Source: an uncultured Pseudomonadales bacterium (lineage in GTDB: Bacteria; Pseudomonadota; Gammaproteobacteria; Pseudomonadales; Azotimanducaceae). Taken from it: a DNA stretch of 38,982 nucleotides. The stretch is from assembly GCA_964571945.1 (NCBI GenBank), contig CAZNFE010000001.1:1-38982 (forward strand), in the 5' to 3' direction. The notes beneath the pieces were generated by a model, which had not been told where the DNA came from, did no database searches, and saw only the letters and a list, made by a program, of their open reading frames with translations. Below are positions 32,306 to 38,982 of the stretch, one piece after another. The translations under genes were made by a program, and so were the position numbers. Each line of letters begins with the position of its first letter. Position 1 is the first letter of the stretch.

Positions 32306-34348
32306 TCAAAACACCCCAACGGCAACACAGCCGCAGTTCACATTCTCTTCCGCCAGGCTCCCGGACCCCGGGAATGGCATATTGTCAGCACCAACCCTGA
32401 AATTCTCTCCCTGCCCAACAATCTGGCCATCAGCATCCTGATGCGTCTCACGGCTATTCACGAAGCTCGTGACCCATTGCTTCTTTGGAACTTTATTGTG
32501 ATTTCTGAACGCATCACCGCCGGCGTTCCACATCCTGGTGGTCTCAGTATGGGCAATCATGGCTGCCCGGCTCTCGCTCATTTGGCCCATCTTATCAATG
32601 ATGGCGCCCTTGATCTCATCGAATGTATTCCTATTGGCCAATCCCTCTGAGATTGTCTCCTTGATAGCCTCATGGGTAGCACTTGCCATCTCATCCACAT
32701 AGGCGCCCCCATAGCTGTTGGTGTAGCTATCGATGATGGGTAGCTGCTCATCCCACTCAACCTCGGCATCCCCGGCGAGTTCGCTATTGAACTCCCCGCC
32801 AAGGTATACGCCCTGTCGGTCAATCTTCGATTTATTGCGTGCAATGCGCTCTTTCAGCTTGGTAACCTCTATGACGCTATCCACATTTGGCGTTTCGGGT
32901 CCCTGCTGGCCATAATCACGTTCAAGAGCATCAATTATATCCTTTGTCAATGCATTGAAGATCTGCTCCATGAAAGCAGCATAGCGATTCTGATAACGCT
33001 CTTTGCTGTCCGTCCATGCCCGCACAATCCTATCCCGCTCGCTGCCGCTATAGAGCTCTAGCTTTTGCTGGCCAGGCCCACCTGGCGCTCCCTCACTAAG
33101 TGGTCTCAGACCGGCGCTCACCAGTGGCTCATCACCCCACGGCACAGCATCAAGTCCTCGTGCAGCCCGGATCTCATTGATGGTCCTGACCCCAAGCTCA
33201 AGGTCCTGTTGCTCCTGCTTCTGAGTCAGCTCCTTGTCCTCTGGCGCAATGTCGTCAAACACAAGGCGCTGTGACTCACCGTAAAGTGGAGCAACGTCTT
33301 GGTTTACGCGGGCAGTAACCATTCTGACTATCGGCTGGAGAGTGTTGCGTGCCAGGACTGTATGCATGCCCCATATGCTCGCGCGGTTGGCGTCAACATC
33401 CATACCCAGCATGGACTTCGGTACCTTCATGACCGCCAGAATCGTATCCCGCAGCCACTCCCGGCCCTTCACGTCGTTGATTAGCGGCGACATGGGCGGG
33501 AACTTGACGTCCATCGTCTTGGCAATGCCGATTGTCCGGCCTGCCTTGCCCGCGCCAGTATATTTGTCGTTGAACTTGGCAAGGTATTCGGCGCGCTTCT
33601 TCTCGTCCTGGGTGGCCATGCTCAGGATGGCGCTTGGGAAAATGCCCTGCTTATATTTGGCCCACATGCTGCGGGTAGCTTCCTTGTCCAGGCCGATCTC
33701 CGCCGCCGCTGCCTCAGCCAGGCCGTAGCCTTCCCAGAAGCTACCGGGCTTCGGGATGCGCAGGAACATCACCTCTTCAGGCGTGAGCTCATCCGTTTTC
33801 TCTATGCCCTTGTTGTTCTTATACTTATGCTTCCAGTTCAGCAACTCAACCCGATCACTTGCGACCGTTGGTGTCATTTCCCCGGACAGTGGGTACATCT
33901 CGGCCGGCTCGTTCAGCCCGTTCATCACAATCCGCCAGTAGCTCTCGCCAACCATAGCCAGCTCAACGGCTACCCAATACCAGAACTCCTGACCGGTCAT
34001 GAATGGATTGACATCGTGCAGCATGGTGGCCATTGGGCCATCTGGGTCATCTTCCCACTCCGCGGTATCACTGGAGCGGGTCTGGACATTATAGCCGGCC
34101 ATCATGATGCCAAAGCCGATCTGACTCGCAGCCGCGAAGGCCCAGCGGATGAAATATTTCTCGAGTTGGTTCTTGGAGATTTTGGTGGGTACATGGTCCG
34201 GTGAGCTGCTGCCCAGCATGGCCCCTAGGTCTATGGCCTGGACAACGTAGTTGCCACTATCATCCCGGCCTGCAACTATTGGCCGGTCGGATAATGCGAC
34301 CTGGACGCCCGCCCGTAGTCTGGAGAGTAGATTCATGTTGACCCCCAT
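32306..34348 (-). CDS. portal protein fused to a MuF/SPP1-gp7-like head morphogenesis domain
   Basis: The N-terminal approx 430 aa is portal-like (..LHDVNPFMTGQEFWYWVAVELAMVGESYWRIV..). The C-terminal approx 250 aa is MuF-like (..AHTETTRMWNAGG...SRETHQDADGQ...NCGCVAV). An alternative ATG lies at 34336. Confidence 0.8.
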   Translation of the reverse strand: MGVNMNLLSRLRAGVQVALSDRPIVAGRDDSGNYVVQAIDLGAMLGSSSPDHVPTKISKNQLEKYFIRWAFAAASQIGFGIMMAGYNVQTRSSDTAEWEDDPDGPMATMLHDVNPFMTGQEFWYWVAVELAMVGESYWRIVMNGLNEPAEMYPLSGEMTPTVASDRVELLNWKHKYKNNKGIEKTDELTPEEVMFLRIPKPGSFWEGYGLAEAAAAEIGLDKEATRSMWAKYKQGIFPSAILSMATQDEKKRAEYLAKFNDKYTGAGKAGRTIGIAKTMDVKFPPMSPLINDVKGREWLRDTILAVMKVPKSMLGMDVDANRASIWGMHTVLARNTLQPIVRMVTARVNQDVAPLYGESQRLVFDDIAPEDKELTQKQEQQDLELGVRTINEIRAARGLDAVPWGDEPLVSAGLRPLSEGAPGGPGQQKLELYSGSERDRIVRAWTDSKERYQNRYAAFMEQIFNALTKDIIDALERDYGQQGPETPNVDSVIEVTKLKERIARNKSKIDRQGVYLGGEFNSELAGDAEVEWDEQLPIIDSYTNSYGGAYVDEMASATHEAIKETISEGLANRNTFDEIKGAIIDKMGQMSESRAAMIAHTETTRMWNAGGDAFRNHNKVPKKQWVTSFVNSRETHQDADGQIVGQGENFRVGADNMPFPGSGSLAEENVNCGCVAVGVF

Positions 34349-34404
34349 TTCAGGAAACCTTCAGGATTCGAGGGCCTGTGTCAAGCTATTTCTTTAATTG
34401 GGCC

Positions 34405-34433
34405 ATAAAAATAGGGGCCTGGGAGGTGGCCCC
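34405..34433 (-). terminator. rho-independent terminator closing the upstream accessory block
   Basis: Minus strand reads GGGGCC-ACCTCCCA-GGCCCC followed by TATTTTTAT. It lies 37 nt after the stop of the 53-aa ORF and about 60 nt before the portal start. Confidence 0.65.
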
Positions 34434-34469
34434 AGACCCCCTGCAGCAAGGAGTTCCCCTGATGCTGCA

Positions 34470-34631
34470 TCAATCCCACACAGCCTTCCCGAGCTGCTCT
34501 TCATTGTCCATGCGGTCGAAATGCTCCAGCAGATCATCACGCTTCTCCAGGATCTCGAACGCCACATCCCGCAACAGCCTGCCAGCTCCATCCAGCCCCA
34601 TATACTCCTCCGGCCATCCAGTCTCTTTCAT
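34470..34631 (-). CDS. hypothetical 53-aa acidic helical protein (below the ORF-track cutoff)
   Basis: My translation: MKETGWPEEYMGLDGAGRLLRDVAFEILEKRDDLLEHFDRMDNEEQLGKAVWD. GAAAGGTG lies 7 nt upstream. It is the last gene before the terminator. Confidence 0.45.
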   Translation of the reverse strand: MKETGWPEEYMGLDGAGRLLRDVAFEILEKRDDLLEHFDRMDNEEQLGKAVWD

Positions 34632-34644
34632 TGTGCCACACCTT

Positions 34645-34812
34645 TCAAAGATTTGTCATCTTTTTCATTTGTCCTACCTGCCGCTCTGGCCGCTTGCCTT
34701 TCTCCTGGTGGCACCCGCGGCAATACGGTTTCCCGTTTTCCCACTTGACGCCGCTCTCACGTTCCGCCAGGCCAGTCTCCTTCAGTGGCTCATTGCACCG
34801 GTTGCATCGCAT
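34645..34812 (-). CDS. 55-aa zinc-ribbon protein (below the ORF-track cutoff)
   Basis: My translation: MRCNRCNEPLKETGLAERESGVKWENGKPYCRGCHQEKGKRPERQVGQMKKMTNL. It has CxxC...CxxC. GGGAGG lies 5 nt before the ATG. Confidence 0.5.
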   Translation of the reverse strand: MRCNRCNEPLKETGLAERESGVKWENGKPYCRGCHQEKGKRPERQVGQMKKMTNL

Positions 34813-35014
34813 TCTTGCCTCCCTTCGTGCCGCGCGTCGATATGCTGATTGAAATGCTCAGCCCCGCCTTATCCGGCAGGATCTCCACCATGACGTCCAG
34901 GCCGTCCGGCATGTCAGCACATACGCCAGTGCTGAGCAGCTTAGTCAGATCGTCAAGGCTTACCTCGGTCATCTGCAGCCCGCCGTCCTTTGTGATTGTC
35001 ACCTTCAATCCCAT
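34790..35014 (-). CDS. hypothetical protein (74 aa)
   Basis: ATG start inside the stop region of the upstream gene. No motif recognised. Confidence 0.4.
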   Translation of the reverse strand: MGLKVTITKDGGLQMTEVSLDDLTKLLSTGVCADMPDGLDVMVEILPDKAGLSISISISTRGTKGGKNAMQPVQ

Positions 35015-35349
35015 GCCTCCCCTGCCAAGATCTTGTCATCATAGACCATATTGTAGTAGGTCTCCCATGACAATGTCCAGCCAATGATGTTCTCTATTTC
35101 GCGTTTGCGCTTCACCTTTGGCATGGACTCCAGTTCACGGAATAGCTGATGGACACGCATGCGCAACGCTCTGGCGAATGTGCTGCGGTAGTCCCTGCAT
35201 ATGGTCCACACCCTATCGCACTTACGGCACCTCAGGTCCCTGGCCTCAGTTTGAGTGCGGATGCCTCCCAGATCCTTGACCATTCGTATTCGCAGCTTGT
35301 TCGTATAGACATCATCATTCCCACACTCAGGGCAAATCTTTCCGGCCAT
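35005..35349 (-). CDS. zinc-ribbon protein (114 aa)
   Basis: MAGKICPECGNDD...RCRKCDR has CxxC...CxxC. ATG 35349 follows GGAGGACATC. The track start 35361 is an alternative. Confidence 0.55.
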   Translation of the reverse strand: MAGKICPECGNDDVYTNKLRIRMVKDLGGIRTQTEARDLRCRKCDRVWTICRDYRSTFARALRMRVHQLFRELESMPKVKRKREIENIIGWTLSWETYYNMVYDDKILAGEAWD

Positions 35350-35360
35350 GATGTCCTCCA

Positions 35361-35486
35361 TTAAAATCCAATGGTTGCTATAAGAATTGCTGCTGCCAGA
35401 TATAATGCAGCTGTCCCATTATCACCTGCGCGGCTTACCACGATGCCAATGACCAGCAATATGGATGATGCCGCTGCTTCAATCAT
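35361..35486 (-). CDS. 41-aa two-segment hydrophobic micro-protein
   Basis: My translation: MIEAAASSILLVIGIVVSRAGDNGTAALYLAAAILIATIGF. It starts inside the GATGATTGA stop of the upstream gene, and its TAA overlaps ATG 35361. Confidence 0.4.
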   Translation of the reverse strand: MIEAAASSILLVIGIVVSRAGDNGTAALYLAAAILIATIGF

Positions 35487-35661
35487 CGTCATCCCCATGC
35501 TTAACATATCGTGCTGCCCTCAAGTCAACACTATCAACCGTCCATCTATCAATGACCCTGAGTGCTTCTCCCTCTGTTTGAAACGCCCCGAGGCTTCCCA
35601 TCACAGACCATTCATCATCACCATAGCGCGCTTCAATCATCCAGATGCCTCGTGTTGTCAT
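35479..35661 (-). CDS. hypothetical small acidic protein (60 aa; 53 aa if started at 35640)
   Basis: ATG 35661 follows GAGGGGCCAA. An alternative ATG at 35640 lies in a GATGATTGAAGC junction identical to the one at 35486. Confidence 0.45.
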   Translation of the reverse strand: MTTRGIWMIEARYGDDEWSVMGSLGAFQTEGEALRVIDRWTVDSVDLRAARYVKHGDDDD

Positions 35662-36118
35662 TTGGCCCCTCTGCCTCAAGATATTCAGCCTCCCTGCTGA
35701 TGACGTATATTCTAGTCCCTGGCCCGACCCAGAGCTGCTTGCCTACCTGGCCGCTGAATGGATGGTCACATGGTATGCCGCATGTCTGTGTCACCACATA
35801 TACATTCGGCGCCACCTCTCCCCCGCAACCGCCCAGCAACATCACCAATATCAGGGCCGCCAGCAGAACCGCAATCCAGCATATCCGCTTGTCAATGTCT
35901 CTCACTCCTTCACCTCCCTCTTCTTGTTCCTTCTCTTGACATCCGGATCGTCTATTCCATGCTGTCACTAGCGCCTTGCGGCTGAAGTATCCTGCGCCTG
36001 CCGCATCCTCACGCAAATAGCATCCCTTGGTCGGGCAGCGACTCACCGTGTACATCATACCCGGACCCCTGACCTTCATTTTGGCACCGCAGAATGGGCA
36101 TGGCCTTAGCTCGGTCAT
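35633..36118 (-). CDS. Lar-like (restriction alleviation family) zinc ribbon continued in frame into a signal-peptide/lipobox-like segment and a small extracytoplasmic domain
   Basis: MTELRPCPFCGAKMKV...YTVSRCPTKGCYL...SRKALVTAWNRR matches the Lar-family pattern (LKPCPFCG ... C..C ... A...WNRR). Then come an acidic linker, KRICWIAVLLAALILVMLLGGCGGE and about 70 more aa. ATGA overlap with the upstream gene. Confidence 0.6.
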   Translation of the reverse strand: MTELRPCPFCGAKMKVRGPGMMYTVSRCPTKGCYLREDAAGAGYFSRKALVTAWNRRSGCQEKEQEEGGEGVRDIDKRICWIAVLLAALILVMLLGGCGGEVAPNVYVVTQTCGIPCDHPFSGQVGKQLWVGPGTRIYVISREAEYLEAEGPNDNTRHLDD

Positions 36119-36339
36119 CTATCCTCCTCTCCGCGCAGTGCTTTACGTACAATCTCTTGCCTAGTCTTCGTGAACGGACAGGTCTTCAACCATGCTTGAT
36201 GATATATTCCACCGCTTCCGCGCCAAGTAACATCAGGCATATCTCCGTTCTTCTCTGCATGACATTCAGGACACCAAGCCTCCGTCCCTTCATCACTACG
36301 ATAGGTATCCTTGCATATCTCGCAGACCCTTGTATGCAT
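36115..36339 (-). CDS. zinc-finger protein (74 aa)
   Basis: MHTRVCEICKD...WCPECH has CxxC...CxxC. ATG 36339 follows GGAGGTGGAGTG and shares one nt with the upstream TGA. Confidence 0.55.
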   Translation of the reverse strand: MHTRVCEICKDTYRSDEGTEAWCPECHAEKNGDMPDVTWRGSGGIYHQAWLKTCPFTKTRQEIVRKALRGEEDR

Positions 36340-37919
36340 CACTCCACCTCCTCTGCTGGTGTGGCAACAACGTACCCAAGTATGCTCAAATGTGTTAGCA
36401 CAGCATCTACGGCCTCCATTGACGCTTGATCTTCCTGCCCTACGTTAACACTGTTTGATATTAGTTCGACAAGCGATGAGTCCCATGTCCAACCACCTTT
36501 GCCGAGATGCTGCCTTGGCAATGGTTTGCACAGCACCTTCTCCCCGTCAGCATCGGCGGGGTGTTGCTTTGGCTTGAAAATCTTATACCCATCAGAAGAT
36601 AGAACCCTGAACCTTTTGGCCACAAACCGCATGGCATGTTCGTAAAAACGCTTATACCCTACAAGAGATGTTGGCTTAATCTGGTCACTCATGGTGTCTA
36701 TATCGTCAAGCATACACCATAGTAGTCCTGCGTCGGTATTCGTTAAATCCTTTCCCTCGTCAGCATCGGCAGGTGGTGCTGGTCTCTGTGTTACTGGTCT
36801 GCCACCGATTTTCCCTTGTTTCTTATCCAACTCCGGCAGCTTGCCGTCTGTGAGAATAATGCGGTAGTTGCTCAGCGAACCCCAACCGGATAGACTATCC
36901 TTATGCTTTACTGAACACCATTCGCCATTGCCGTTGATATATTGCGATATTCCGTTAGGTACTGAATAGTGCTCGTCCCACATCGCCATTGTGTCTTGCT
37001 CGGACCAGCCAAGGTTGACCAGTTCGTCCAGCTGAATGTTTGGGGCTGGCTTGTAGCACACCATGCAGATCACAAATGCGCCGTGTGTGCCGTCGTCCAT
37101 TATTGCGTAATCACGCTTCGCGCAGCAGTCCTCCTGCGGCTGTTGCTTTGGGGTGAAGTGCTTGGCCGACCCTCCACAAGCCCACCAAGCACCGCGGGCA
37201 TGCTTCTGTGTCCACTTCTGCCCTGGTTGAGGAGATGGCACGTCGTACACTCTGGGGTCGACGTTACATGTTCCATCGGCATTGCAGTTGCCGCAATCCT
37301 CGCACCGCCGTTCTGGTTGCTTGGTGTCTACATAGCGTCCACGACCGCAGCCGCAAACCTGCCCAATGTATGAGAAGTCTTGACGCTCACCGCACATGGA
37401 ACACTCGCATTGACGTTCTGGTTTCTTGGGCTTGAAGTTGTCTGTGTATGATCGATTCCTGCTGCAGTACTCGCAATCATCCGATGGCTCACCCCAGGCC
37501 TCACAGCATTCGCCACACTCAGGTTCTTCTGGTTGTGACTTCTCAAGCGCCGCAATGCGCCCCATCTGCTGCATGGCGACCTCGGCCGTCCTCTCTTCCG
37601 ACTTCTCCAGTTCGTCCACGCGCCTCATCGTTGCCAGGACCTGCTCGTTGACCCCGTGGATGCTGTATGCGGATTCCTCGTTCTCTAGTGCTTCGATACG
37701 CTCATCAAGTCCACCCCATGCCGAGGTTGCACAATCTTCCCTCGCCTTTACGGAAGTCATATCCTGCTCCAGGGCATCGACCTTCTTCTCGAGCTCAGCG
37801 AACGCCGCATTGTCCGGCGTATCGCACTCAAGGTTTGAAATACGCTCCTTTATTGCGTCAATGCTCTCGTTTACCTGCATCTCCCAAGCGATACGAGCGC
37901 GTTCGTTAATATCATCCAT
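36339..37919 (-). CDS. large hypothetical protein: N-terminal coiled coil, Cys-dense repeat region, C-terminal globular part
   Basis: Residues ~1-130 are heptad-like (..ELEKKVDALEQDM.. ..RIEALENEE.. ..RVDELEKSEE..). Residues 136-289 contain about 19 Cys by my count, with recurring ..PK(K/Q)PER(Q/R)CE.C.. units. PPADADEGKDL and HPADADGEKVL are duplicated later. ATG 37919 overlaps the radical-SAM gene by 8 nt. Confidence 0.6.
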   Translation of the reverse strand: MDDINERARIAWEMQVNESIDAIKERISNLECDTPDNAAFAELEKKVDALEQDMTSVKAREDCATSAWGGLDERIEALENEESAYSIHGVNEQVLATMRRVDELEKSEERTAEVAMQQMGRIAALEKSQPEEPECGECCEAWGEPSDDCEYCSRNRSYTDNFKPKKPERQCECSMCGERQDFSYIGQVCGCGRGRYVDTKQPERRCEDCGNCNADGTCNVDPRVYDVPSPQPGQKWTQKHARGAWWACGGSAKHFTPKQQPQEDCCAKRDYAIMDDGTHGAFVICMVCYKPAPNIQLDELVNLGWSEQDTMAMWDEHYSVPNGISQYINGNGEWCSVKHKDSLSGWGSLSNYRIILTDGKLPELDKKQGKIGGRPVTQRPAPPADADEGKDLTNTDAGLLWCMLDDIDTMSDQIKPTSLVGYKRFYEHAMRFVAKRFRVLSSDGYKIFKPKQHPADADGEKVLCKPLPRQHLGKGGWTWDSSLVELISNSVNVGQEDQASMEAVDAVLTHLSILGYVVATPAEEVE

Positions 37920-38775
37920 CACTCATCCCCTTCGCTCTCATTCGTTCCCTACACAGCTTCTTGACCTTCGCCTTGGTGATCGACGGCCTATCCCACGCCC
38001 GCTGCAAATCGTCCCAGTCCTCATTGCTGTTCCCATGCTTGTCCATCCATAGCATCCCAAACGGTAGAAAACCGGCCATCCACGCATCGAGCAGGCGATT
38101 CTCTGCATCACGCATGTTGTCTCCAGGCCACCCCATCAACACGTAGCACCGGAGATGTGAGCGGGTGAAGTTTGCGATTCGCAACATGCGCCCTGCCTCA
38201 AACAGCGGTTCCCTGTCGTCCGGTGTGTCGTAGGCAAAGAACATGGATGATGGACGCAGATCCCACAGGTGCTCTACGTGCCACCACTCAAGCCGTGCGG
38301 CCTCAAGGCCGCCCTTGAACTCTATGGCACACCCCTTGTGGGCCTGCACATCCAGCATTCCAAACACGCGCTCAATGTGGACCCGAGAACAGGCCAGCAG
38401 ATTGTCGTCTTGCACGATATGTCCCGGCTGAATTGGCAACTCTACCACCTCTCGATTATGCCTTTTCCACACCTCGCAGAACCAACAATCATTCGGACAC
38501 CCACGAGACGTGATGGTGATACCCTTCTTCAGGTAACGCCCTGGAACAAATTCTCCGTTGCGCTCTGGCGTGGCCGGCCCGCCTATCTTTACCGGAGCAA
38601 CGTGTCGCCACATATCTGCAAGGTCATCCGCTCTTTGCTGGTCGAATGTGAACGCCACAGACACATGGACCTCATCAATGTCGTCAGATAGGCCGATTGC
38701 TGGAGGTGTGCCAATGAACGCATAATCATCTACTGGCGTGTATCTTGTCTGACGCGGGAACACCCTTGCTATCAT
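37912..38775 (-). CDS. radical SAM enzyme (287 aa)
   Basis: ITITSRGCPNDCWFCEVW is a CX3CX2C cluster in the SRGCP..C.FC context seen in MiaB/B12-class radical SAM proteins. No SPASM-type C-terminal Cys cluster is visible. GAGAGGA lies 6 nt before the ATG. Confidence 0.75.
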   Translation of the reverse strand: MIARVFPRQTRYTPVDDYAFIGTPPAIGLSDDIDEVHVSVAFTFDQQRADDLADMWRHVAPVKIGGPATPERNGEFVPGRYLKKGITITSRGCPNDCWFCEVWKRHNREVVELPIQPGHIVQDDNLLACSRVHIERVFGMLDVQAHKGCAIEFKGGLEAARLEWWHVEHLWDLRPSSMFFAYDTPDDREPLFEAGRMLRIANFTRSHLRCYVLMGWPGDNMRDAENRLLDAWMAGFLPFGMLWMDKHGNSNEDWDDLQRAWDRPSITKAKVKKLCRERMRAKGMSDG

Positions 38776-38837
38776 TCTTCATCCTCTCGGATACAATCAA
38801 TCACCAACGACTTGCAGGCCCTCACTAACCTCACTCC

Positions 38838-38982
38838 CTAATCATCCCCTCCATCAACTTCCTCAATGCACTCAAGTCGTCCGCAGCGAAACTTGCCGCT
38901 GGTATTGTATGGGACCACCGTATCCGCAAGGTCAATCCATCGGATGCGGCATTTCCACAGTTTGGCAGTTGTGTAATTACTA
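38838..38982 (-). CDS. C-terminal fragment of a hypothetical Cys-containing protein (5' end beyond the right edge)
   Basis: The open minus-strand frame from the window edge reads ..SNYTTAKLWKCRIRWIDLADTVVPYNTSGKFRCGRLECIEEVDGGDD, then TAG at 38840-38838. It is not in the ORF track because it has no start in the window. Confidence 0.35.
   Translation of the reverse strand, partial: SNYTTAKLWKCRIRWIDLADTVVPYNTSGKFRCGRLECIEEVDGGDD

Noticed and set aside
34379-34384. Perfect TTGACA between the terminator and the portal ATG, as a late promoter giving a leaderless portal mRNA.
   Set aside because: The best -10 at 17 nt is AAGGTT, where only A2 and T6 match. It might work with an activator, but the sequence alone does not support a promoter call. 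It is mentioned in the portal-boundary finding.
57-38691. Many long plus-strand ORFs in the track, for example 57..635, 916..1575, 6679..7377, 7481..8155, 19139..19981, 21131..21796, 30307..31095 and 37426..38052.
   Set aside because: Each lies antisense to a minus-strand ORF with clear family motifs, RBSs and coupled junctions. Their translations are low-complexity (Ser/Pro/Arg/Leu-rich) with no motifs and no Shine-Dalgarno context. I treat them as shadow ORFs of a moderately GC-rich, single-strand-coded genome.
1-38982. The window might be a complete circular genome whose two edge fragments join.
   Set aside because: The ParB-methyltransferase gene leaving the left edge still needs a full methylase domain of a few hundred residues. 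The fragment entering from the right edge supplies only 48 unrelated residues before a stop. The edges therefore do not close on each other.

Overview
The window is a contiguous piece of a siphovirus-type tailed phage or prophage. Every credible gene is on the minus strand, so transcription runs from high to low coordinates. All long plus-strand ORFs in the track look like antisense shadows. I could run no searches, so family calls rest on motifs I recognise by eye and on gene order.

Gene order along the minus strand:
1. 38982-34437: an accessory block. It holds a radical-SAM enzyme, a 526-aa cysteine-dense repeat protein, and a chain of translationally coupled small zinc-ribbon, Lar-like and membrane genes. 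It ends at a clear intrinsic terminator (34405-34433).
2. 34348-11039: one long late operon.
   - Head genes: a portal-MuF fusion, a prohead protease with a scaffold-like tail, an HK97-type major capsid protein followed by a GC-rich terminator hairpin, and gp6-like and gp10-like adaptors.
   - A roughly 5.8 kb inserted module: fibre, 5-blade repeat protein, small glycosyltransferase and two membrane proteins.
   - Tail genes: a tail-terminator-position gene, the major tail protein, G/GT chaperones with a TTTTTTC -1 slip site, the tape measure and three distal tail proteins.
   - An unusual tailoring cassette at the operon's end: a sulfotransferase, a radical-SAM + GT-A + GT-A triple fusion, and a Zn-ribbon SAM methyltransferase.
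3. 10929-1: early-type operons. Two near-identical consensus sigma70 promoters sit at 10901-10929 and 7464-7491.
   - Encoded functions: SMC/Rad50-like ATPase, HNH, RHH regulator, YqaJ exonuclease, an annealase-position protein, a DUF1376/DnaD-like initiator, a DnaC-like loader and a mini protein with an SSB-type DDDELPF tip.
   - A candidate DNA-modification island follows: PAPS-reductase-like PP-loop enzyme, atypical methyltransferase, HNH, DUF1064 nuclease, a second RHH and a ParB-methyltransferase that runs off the left edge.

Not seen in the window: terminase, integrase, repressor, endolysin, tRNA, CRISPR array or reverse transcriptase.

Best candidates for something new, in order:
- the sulfo/glyco/methyl/radical-SAM cassette co-transcribed with the tail genes;
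- the radical-SAM plus Cys-rich protein pair;
- the Lar-like small-gene anti-defence-type locus;
- the paralogous RHH/direct-repeat promoter architecture;
- the SSB-tip mimic.
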